From positions 1 to 63,409 of the forward strand of contig CANPZM010000002.1 of assembly GCA_947589065.1 (NCBI GenBank): a stretch of DNA of 63,409 nucleotides, in the 5' to 3' direction. A model generated the notes under the pieces. The model was not told where the DNA came from, ran no database searches, and saw only the letters and a list, made by a program, of their open reading frames with translations. A program made the translations under genes and the position numbers. Within the stretch, counting starts at the first letter, position 1. Every line of letters begins with the position of its first letter. Below, one piece after another: positions 57,082 to 63,409 of the stretch. The stretch is from an uncultured Clostridia bacterium (lineage in GTDB: Bacteria; Bacillota; Clostridia; TANB77; CAG-508).

Positions 57082-57225
57082 GAACAAAAGCGGACATTAT
57101 TAACATTTTCGCTATTTATGACATTTTAAAGTCCGCGTCTTTGTTCGTCCGCGAAAAATTGTATAACAATTTTTCTGTGGAATGCTTTCTATTATAGGAA
57201 GTTCATAGAACTTGCCTATTACATA
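57082..57225 (-). repeat. Intergenic modular repeat, full copy G
   Basis: gaacaaaagcggac...gtccgcgtctttgttcgtccgcGAAAAATTGTataACAATTTTTCtgtggaatg...tattatagg-loop-cctattaca. Confidence 0.9.
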
Positions 57226-57259
57226 AATTAAGCATTGCGTTATTGCAATGCTTTTTATA

Positions 57260-57739
57260 TTATTTCTTTATAGCTAAAATTTTATATCTCATAACTCCAT
57301 CCGGTGCTTCAACTTCAACTGTTTGACCCTTTTTAGCTCCAAGTAATGCAATTCCCATTGGTGATTCATTTGAAATTTTATTTTGTGTTAAATCTACTTC
57401 TGTAGATCCAACAATTGTATATATAAGATCTTCATCAAACTCTTCATCATGAACAGTAACAATATTTCCAACTTGAACTGTCTTTGTATCAATTTCTGAT
57501 TCATCAATAATTTTTGCAAATCTAATTTTATTTTCCAATTCTGCAATTTTATTTTCGTTAGCTGCTTGTGCACCTTTTGCTTCATCATATTCAGAGTTTT
57601 CTGATAAATCTCCAAATCCCAATGCTACTTTGATTCTTTCAGCTATTTCTGTTCTTTTTTCTGTTTTTAAATATTCTAATTCTTTTTCTAAATTGTCATA
57701 TCCTTCTTGTGTTAATAGTATTTCCTTATTTTCCTCCAT
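57260..57739 (-). CDS. greA: Transcription elongation factor GreA
   Basis: LT.EGY..L..EL.YL....R.EIA..I..A...GDLSENSEYDEAK and a C-terminal FKBP-like domain. Confidence 0.94.
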   Translation of the reverse strand: MEENKEILLTQEGYDNLEKELEYLKTEKRTEIAERIKVALGFGDLSENSEYDEAKGAQAANENKIAELENKIRFAKIIDESEIDTKTVQVGNIVTVHDEEFDEDLIYTIVGSTEVDLTQNKISNESPMGIALLGAKKGQTVEVEAPDGVMRYKILAIKK

Positions 57740-57857
57740 AATTACTAATCATCCCTTTCTAAAGCAAAATTTTCTCTATATGTTCTATAGATTTTGTAAA
57801 TTCCAATACACTGAAATCATACTAACGGCAACATAATAGTCCTTTTAAATTAATTTG

Positions 57858-58781
57858 TCAAGTCTTTTTTATACATTGTTTTATTTCATTAAATTGTATT
57901 TTTCCATTATTGCCTATAAAATACCTAATTCCAATCTTATCCTTATCTAATATTTTTTTTAAATCATAAAATGATGTCTTATAATATAACATACTTTCAT
58001 AAAAAATTTCTTCATTATAATTATGAAATTTATTTAGCAATTTTATATATTTATAAGGAAGATTTAATTTATAAAAAACTATTGTTATACCATTTTTGTT
58101 CTCAAATTTTTCTTTCGTAAACTGCACTAAAATGCTATTAATTCTAAATCTACATTCACTTAATTCTTCATTATTAAAGTCTAAATTTAATATTATATCA
58201 GAGTACAATCCTGCTTTCTTTTTATTTCTTGAAATATTTATTATTATTCCATACTCATCATATAAAAAGCGTTCTAAAACTTCATATTTATCTATTTTAT
58301 TTGTAATTATATTTAATACCTTACATCTTTGTGCTAGTATTTTTATATTTTCAAAATTTATATCTGAATCTTCATTTGTCAAAACTGTAATTTCAATTTC
58401 TTCAATTTTCCTGTTTTGAACATATGCAATCTTATTTATTATGTCACATGTTAAATATTTATATAACCATTTTCCTAGCAAAATTTCATAATCTTTTTGT
58501 CTCAAGATTTTTATAAATCTATCATTATTAATGAATAAATCTGGTGCAACAACTGTTTTTGAATTTATGCTTTGCATTTTTTTAAATAAGTTTGTAATAA
58601 TTCTTTCATTTAAAATATCATTTTCTAAACAAGTAACTTTTAAGTAATTTTTCTCGCTTTTTATATATCCAAAAAAGTTTAAAATTTTATATAAAATTTT
58701 TTTAAATAATTTAGGTAACTTTTTTGATGTAATATCTAAATAAGAATTTAAATAATCAATATAAATAACATTTTCGTTCAA
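57858..58781 (-). CDS. Hypothetical protein (307 aa)
   Basis: Long ORF between aspS and greA. Lys/Ile/Asn-rich, with no motif recognised. Confidence 0.55.
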   Translation of the reverse strand: MNENVIYIDYLNSYLDITSKKLPKLFKKILYKILNFFGYIKSEKNYLKVTCLENDILNERIITNLFKKMQSINSKTVVAPDLFINNDRFIKILRQKDYEILLGKWLYKYLTCDIINKIAYVQNRKIEEIEITVLTNEDSDINFENIKILAQRCKVLNIITNKIDKYEVLERFLYDEYGIIINISRNKKKAGLYSDIILNLDFNNEELSECRFRINSILVQFTKEKFENKNGITIVFYKLNLPYKYIKLLNKFHNYNEEIFYESMLYYKTSFYDLKKILDKDKIGIRYFIGNNGKIQFNEIKQCIKKT

Positions 58782-58825
58782 ATAATCACCTTTATAATTA
58801 TTATGAAGGTGATTTAAATATATGA

Positions 58826-60595
58826 TTATTTTCTTTCATTTATTTTTATATGAATTTCATCTAATTGCTTCTCACTAACACTTGATGGTGCACCCATTAA
58901 TAAATCTTGTGCCTTTGCATTCATTGGAAAAGCTTGAATTTCTCTAATTGTTTCCTCACCTGCTAGTAACATTATAATTCTATCAATTCCAGGTGCAATT
59001 CCAGCATGTGGTGGTGCTCCATAATGAAATGCATTATACAAAGCAGAAAATTTTCTCAAAATTTCATCTTCTTGATACCCAGCAATTTCAAAAGCTTTTA
59101 TCATTGCTTCTGGTGAATGATTTCTTACAGCTCCAGAAGCAAGCTCTATTCCATTTCCTACAATATCATATTGATATGCCAAAATTTCTAATGGTTCTTG
59201 TTCTTCTAGGGCTTTTAAACCACCTTGTGGCATAGAAAATGGGTTATGACAAAACTCAATTTTTCCATCATCAACTCTTTCATACATTGGAAAGTCTACT
59301 ATCCAACAAAATTTATAAACAGATGTATCAATTAATCCTAATCTTTTACCTAATTCATCTCTTATCTGTCCCGCTAATTTTGAAGCAATAGGTTCATGTT
59401 CAGCAATAAAAAATATTGCATCACCAGCCTCAGTTTTAGCCCTTTTAAGCATTGCTTCTCTTGATTCATCATCAATAAATTTGGCAATTGGACCTTGAAG
59501 AGTCCTATCTTCATTTACTTTTAGCCATGCTAAGCCTTTTGCTTTACATTCATTTATTGCAAAATCTGTCATTCCTTCAAATAACGTTCTAGGTTCATTT
59601 CCTCCCTTTGGAACAGAAATAATTCTAACTTGCTTTCCATTAAATACTTTCAAATCTATCTTTTCAAAAATATCAGTAACATCACAAATTTCAAGTGGAT
59701 TTCTTAAATCAGGCTTATCTGTTCCATATTTCATCATTGCTGTCTTAAATGGAATTCTTGGGAATGGATATTCTGCAATCTTCTTGTTTGAAAATTTTTT
59801 AAATACATTATATATAACTTCTTCCATAACTTCGAATACATCTTCCTGTGTTGCAAAAGCCATTTCCATATCTAGTTGATAAAATTCACCAGGTGTTCTA
59901 TCTGCTCTCGCATCTTCATCTCTAAAACAAGGAGCTATTTGGAAATATTTATCTATACCTGAAACCATAAGTAATTGTTTAAACTGTTGAGGTGCTTGTG
60001 GAAGTGCATAAAATTTTCCAGGGTATATTCTGCTTGGTACTAAATAATCCCTTGCACCTTCAGGTGATGAGCTTGTAAGAATTGGAGTTTGCACCTCTAG
60101 AAAGTCCTTTTTTATCATTTCTTCTCTCATAAATTGAATAACTTTTGATCTCAATATTAAATTATTTTTTAATTTTTGATTTCTTAAATCTAGAAATCTA
60201 TACTGCAATCTTAAGTCCTCACGAACTTCCCTACTTGTTTCAATTTCAAAAGGTAAAGGCTTCGTTCTTTTTCCTAATATTTCAACTTTTTCCGCAAATA
60301 ATTCTACAAGACCTGTATTTATTTTTTTATTAATTGTTTCTTCATCTCTTAGTCTAACTACTCCTTCAACAGAAATAGTTGATTCTACTGGTATTCTAGA
60401 TATCAAATCCACTAGTTCTTGATTTCCAGATGCAACTACTTGTGTAATTCCATATTGATCTCTTAAATCTACAAAAAGTACACCACCTAAATCTCTGATT
60501 GTTTGTACCCAACCAGCTAGTTTAATATGTTCACCTACATTTTTTTCTCTAATAGTATTACAGTCATATGTTCTGTATTTATTCATTCTTATCAT
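58826..60595 (-). CDS. aspS: Aspartate--tRNA ligase
   Basis: N-terminal OB fold (GWVQTIRDLGGVLFVDLRDQYG) and class II motifs (FRDEDARADRTPEF, GGLDR-like GIDRI). 589 aa including the GAD insertion. Confidence 0.95.
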   Translation of the reverse strand: MIRMNKYRTYDCNTIREKNVGEHIKLAGWVQTIRDLGGVLFVDLRDQYGITQVVASGNQELVDLISRIPVESTISVEGVVRLRDEETINKKINTGLVELFAEKVEILGKRTKPLPFEIETSREVREDLRLQYRFLDLRNQKLKNNLILRSKVIQFMREEMIKKDFLEVQTPILTSSSPEGARDYLVPSRIYPGKFYALPQAPQQFKQLLMVSGIDKYFQIAPCFRDEDARADRTPGEFYQLDMEMAFATQEDVFEVMEEVIYNVFKKFSNKKIAEYPFPRIPFKTAMMKYGTDKPDLRNPLEICDVTDIFEKIDLKVFNGKQVRIISVPKGGNEPRTLFEGMTDFAINECKAKGLAWLKVNEDRTLQGPIAKFIDDESREAMLKRAKTEAGDAIFFIAEHEPIASKLAGQIRDELGKRLGLIDTSVYKFCWIVDFPMYERVDDGKIEFCHNPFSMPQGGLKALEEQEPLEILAYQYDIVGNGIELASGAVRNHSPEAMIKAFEIAGYQEDEILRKFSALYNAFHYGAPPHAGIAPGIDRIIMLLAGEETIREIQAFPMNAKAQDLLMGAPSSVSEKQLDEIHIKINERK

Positions 60596-60703
60596 CCCTT
60601 TCGCAAAAATTTATTTTATAGAGAAAATATAAATTAGAATACAATAATAAATTTTTCATATAATATTTTCTTAAACTTAGAAATATACTTTATTATGCAT
60701 TTT

Positions 60704-60738
60704 TATACAATAGAAAAGTAAAACTTTCCTATTACATA
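60704..60738 (-). repeat. Degenerate module-3-only copy of the repeat family
   Basis: tatacaatagaaaagtaaaactttcctattacata lies immediately 3' (in the gene-sense direction) of the aspS T-box terminator. Confidence 0.5.
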
Positions 60739-60979
60739 AAAAACTTTCATCCCTGCAAGGGACGAAAGTTTTTTCCGTGATACCACCCTAATTGGATAAA
60801 TCAATATTTACCCCACTCTATAAAAATAGCTCCAACATGTTTCATAATTATTTCCATCCAGATTATTTTCAGCCAAGATAATCTTCTCTGTAGGATTTTC
60901 TATCATAATTACTTTGTGTTATCTACACTAAATATTTTCTAATACAAATTATTTTAAACAGTTTTTCCAAAAATGTCAA
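60739..60979 (-). promoter_or_regulatory. T-box leader of aspS with its promoter
   Basis: Minus-strand promoter TTGACA (60979-60974), 17-nt spacer, TAAAAT (60956-60951). T-box sequence aattagGGTGGtAtCACGG at 60775-60795. The terminator actttcgtcccttgcagggatgaaagtttttt is at 60739-60770. Confidence 0.85.
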
Positions 60980-60998
60980 TATTTATTCAACAATTTTA

Positions 60999-62108
60999 TT
61001 AGTCATATGTGTACCATAAGCCTTCATTTCTTAATCTTCTAATAGTCTGTTCGTGTTCAGCATTTGTTTTTGAAAAATAGATATTTCCATTTTTATCTGC
61101 AACAAAGAAAATAGCATCAGTATCTTTTGGTTCTACAACTGCTTTAATTGAAGATTCACTCATCATACAAATTGGTCCAACAGGAATTTTTCCTGCCATT
61201 TCTGAACTACGAGTATTATAAGGATTATATTGTGATATTTCACTTGATGTTAAATCCCTATCTCCCATGTCTATTTTAAATGCGTAATATGTAGTAACAT
61301 CACTTTGTAATGCCATATTTCTATTTAATCTATTATAAAATACTCCTGCAACTTCTGCTCTACTTTCATGATTTTTAGCCTCAAGTTCAACTATAGAAGC
61401 TAAAGAAAGTAATTCATGAACTGATAAATCATTTTGTTGAATTTCTGCCTTTAATGGTTCTAAAACGGAATTCATTTTGTCTAACATTTTTTCAAAAATA
61501 ATTTCTGCTTTTTGAGTTTTATCAGCAAAAGTATAAGTATCTGGATACAAATAACCTTCTAATGGATAATATATACCATCATTTTTTATGTCTTTACTAA
61601 TAAACCAATATTTATCAATTAAGGAATCTATATATTCATCATCTTTTAGTAATTGATATACATCTTGTTCTGTATTATCAGTTTTCTTCGCAATTTCAGA
61701 AGCAATCCATCTCATATTCTTGCCTTCTAAAAAAGTTATTGTTACTGTTTCATCAACAATATTCCCATTTTGTAATTTTTCTATTATTTGGCCTACATTC
61801 ATATTCTTATCTAATTCATATTTTCCAGCCTGCATTGAAGTTTTACCATTTAGTTTACAATAAATTTTAAAAGCATTTGCATCTTTTATTAATCCTTTTT
61901 GTTCTAAAATTTCTGAAATTCCAATTACACCTGTTCCAGAAACTATATCTACAACAACTTTTTCACTGTCTGATTGTACAGAGCTTAAATTTGATCTATA
62001 CCATATTATTGCACTCATTCCTAATATTATTACTAAAATTAATAATACAACAATTACCTTAGGTATAATTGAATTTTTTTTCTCTTGTTCCTCAAATTCT
62101 TCTTCCAT
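60999..62108 (-). CDS. mltG: Endolytic murein transglycosylase MltG (YceG-like)
   Basis: N-terminal TM helix, LysM-like domain and the catalytic region LASIVELEAKNHESRAEVAGVFYNRL...LQSDVT. Confidence 0.88.
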   Translation of the reverse strand: MEEEFEEQEKKNSIIPKVIVVLLILVIILGMSAIIWYRSNLSSVQSDSEKVVVDIVSGTGVIGISEILEQKGLIKDANAFKIYCKLNGKTSMQAGKYELDKNMNVGQIIEKLQNGNIVDETVTITFLEGKNMRWIASEIAKKTDNTEQDVYQLLKDDEYIDSLIDKYWFISKDIKNDGIYYPLEGYLYPDTYTFADKTQKAEIIFEKMLDKMNSVLEPLKAEIQQNDLSVHELLSLASIVELEAKNHESRAEVAGVFYNRLNRNMALQSDVTTYYAFKIDMGDRDLTSSEISQYNPYNTRSSEMAGKIPVGPICMMSESSIKAVVEPKDTDAIFFVADKNGNIYFSKTNAEHEQTIRRLRNEGLWYTYD

Positions 62109-62179
62109 GGTTCATTAAATTCCTTTCTTAATTCTTTAATAAAATTTAATACATTAAATTTCAAGTTTTCACTTCATTT

Positions 62180-63238
62180 TTACATTATAATATTACTAAC
62201 ATTTTTCAAAATTTGTCCATCCATACTAGGCTCATTTACAACTATTAAACAAATCCTCATATCATTTAAATATGCTTTTAATTCTTTAAGAAATTTATAA
62301 TAATTTTCATTATTATTTACTTTAGTTATATCAATTTTTACTCCTACATCTTTTCCTTTTAATTTAGCAACTTCTGATAAAGCATCTTTCAAGATTTTCT
62401 TAATTTCCACTTTTCTACTGTCTGAATTAGATATTATTTCATCAAATTTTTTATAAGTTTTATCTGTTATTTTTATTAAAGAAGCATCTTTGATATCAAA
62501 ATTAGAATAATCCTCTTTATTTGTACGTTCCCTTTCAGTTTGCTCATTAACTAGCCTAAAGCTTCTTATATATCCAACAGCATAATCAGAAGATTTTATC
62601 TTAACCCAACTGCTATTCATCTTTTCAATAATAGTAACTTTATCACCTTGTTTCAACTGTTGTACATTTTTAGATAAATTAGTCATCTTATACTTTAAAT
62701 CTGTATCTCTATTAATTGTAGCTACAACTTTCTCTTCATTTAACCTTTCTATATTTACTCTCTTTTTATCTGGCAAATATTCAACATCAATATTATAAAC
62801 ACGTTCTAATTCTGAAATTGGGAAATAATATAAATTATTATGTTTTAAAAGTGTTCCTCTTATTTTATATCTAGTATCATTTATAAAACTGTGATATTCA
62901 TTTTCAGTAATTTCCAAAACTTGATTATTTGAAATTGAAATATACTTTCTTTGGTTGTCATTTATTTGTTCATAATACATTTCATTATCAAAATAATTTT
63001 TCATATCATCTTCTGATAAGTAAACTATTTTATTTTCATCTATATAAATATCATTTACCAGCTCTATATTAGTTTCATTTTGAATTGAAACTTGAATTTT
63101 CCCTTCGTCATCTCTTTCAAAATAAGCTGCATACCTAAATATTGTCCATATTAAAATTAATAAAATAACTACTAATGCAATCTTAAAAATTAGACTATTT
63201 CTTTTTAATCTTAGCCTATATTTTCTTCTATCTACCAT
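62180..63238 (-). CDS. Membrane-anchored protein with an SH3-like domain
   Basis: TM helix (IALVVILLILIWTIF) and an SH3_3-like segment (LKQGDKVTIIEKMNSSWVKIKSSDYAVGYIRS). The remainder is unassigned. Confidence 0.5.
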   Translation of the reverse strand: MVDRRKYRLRLKRNSLIFKIALVVILLILIWTIFRYAAYFERDDEGKIQVSIQNETNIELVNDIYIDENKIVYLSEDDMKNYFDNEMYYEQINDNQRKYISISNNQVLEITENEYHSFINDTRYKIRGTLLKHNNLYYFPISELERVYNIDVEYLPDKKRVNIERLNEEKVVATINRDTDLKYKMTNLSKNVQQLKQGDKVTIIEKMNSSWVKIKSSDYAVGYIRSFRLVNEQTERERTNKEDYSNFDIKDASLIKITDKTYKKFDEIISNSDSRKVEIKKILKDALSEVAKLKGKDVGVKIDITKVNNNENYYKFLKELKAYLNDMRICLIVVNEPSMDGQILKNVSNIIM

Positions 63239-63409
63239 TTTTTACTCCTATTTTTTAATTTTATTTGCCTTAACCTATTTTTTTAAATAATAATGCAGAT
63301 TTTTCCATTTATAAATAATTTATATCATAAATATTTTTATTATTAAATAGAAATCTGTAAATTTATTTATTTTTTCAAAAAAGTCTTTATTTTTCAGTAT
63401 TTTTATGCT

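Overview
Very AT-rich (about a quarter G+C by eye) chromosomal segment of a low-GC Firmicute. It is probably a spore-forming Clostridia-class organism: it has a Spo0E-like ORF, a possible Spo0A_C-like ORF, MreB, T-box leaders and a sortase pilus. Nearly all genes are on the minus strand.

Core content:
- a glycolytic operon, gap-pgk-(unknown)-tpiA-gpmI-(YezG-like)-eno
- trpS, glyQS and aspS, the last two with T-box leaders
- obg, lexA, mutS2, mreB, mtaB, greA, mltG, murI
- a CaCA antiporter, tRNA-Asn(GUU) and tRNA-Gln(CUG)

Accessory content:
- a glycan cluster at 1.9-6.9 kb (two GT-B glycosyltransferases, a glycerol-1-phosphate-dehydrogenase-like Fe-ADH, an NDP-sugar pyrophosphorylase)
- a double-length ThyX-like gene
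- a tip pilin / class C sortase / YPKN major pilin operon with non-canonical sorting motifs
- an HNH nuclease with an unrecognised partner gene
- a TetR-linked redox cluster
- an ECF sigma with a DUF4179 anti-sigma
- a single-chain sigma-TM-PepSY-like protein next to secreted paralogous proteins
- a fused MacB-like ABC transporter
- a GGGtGRT/NifU-like pair

The most unusual signal is non-coding. A modular ~150-nt intergenic repeat with three hairpin modules occurs in 7 full and 5 partial copies. One full copy sits inside the glyQS leader, between the T-box terminator and the start codon.

Other points worth a second look:
- a DnaA-box cluster away from any dnaA gene
- an unannotated, relatively GC-rich 54-aa ORF with its own promoter and terminator
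- unannotated Spo0E-like and RHH small ORFs
- pilin signal peptides that lie upstream of any canonical start codon

All family assignments come from motif recognition by eye; no searches were run.
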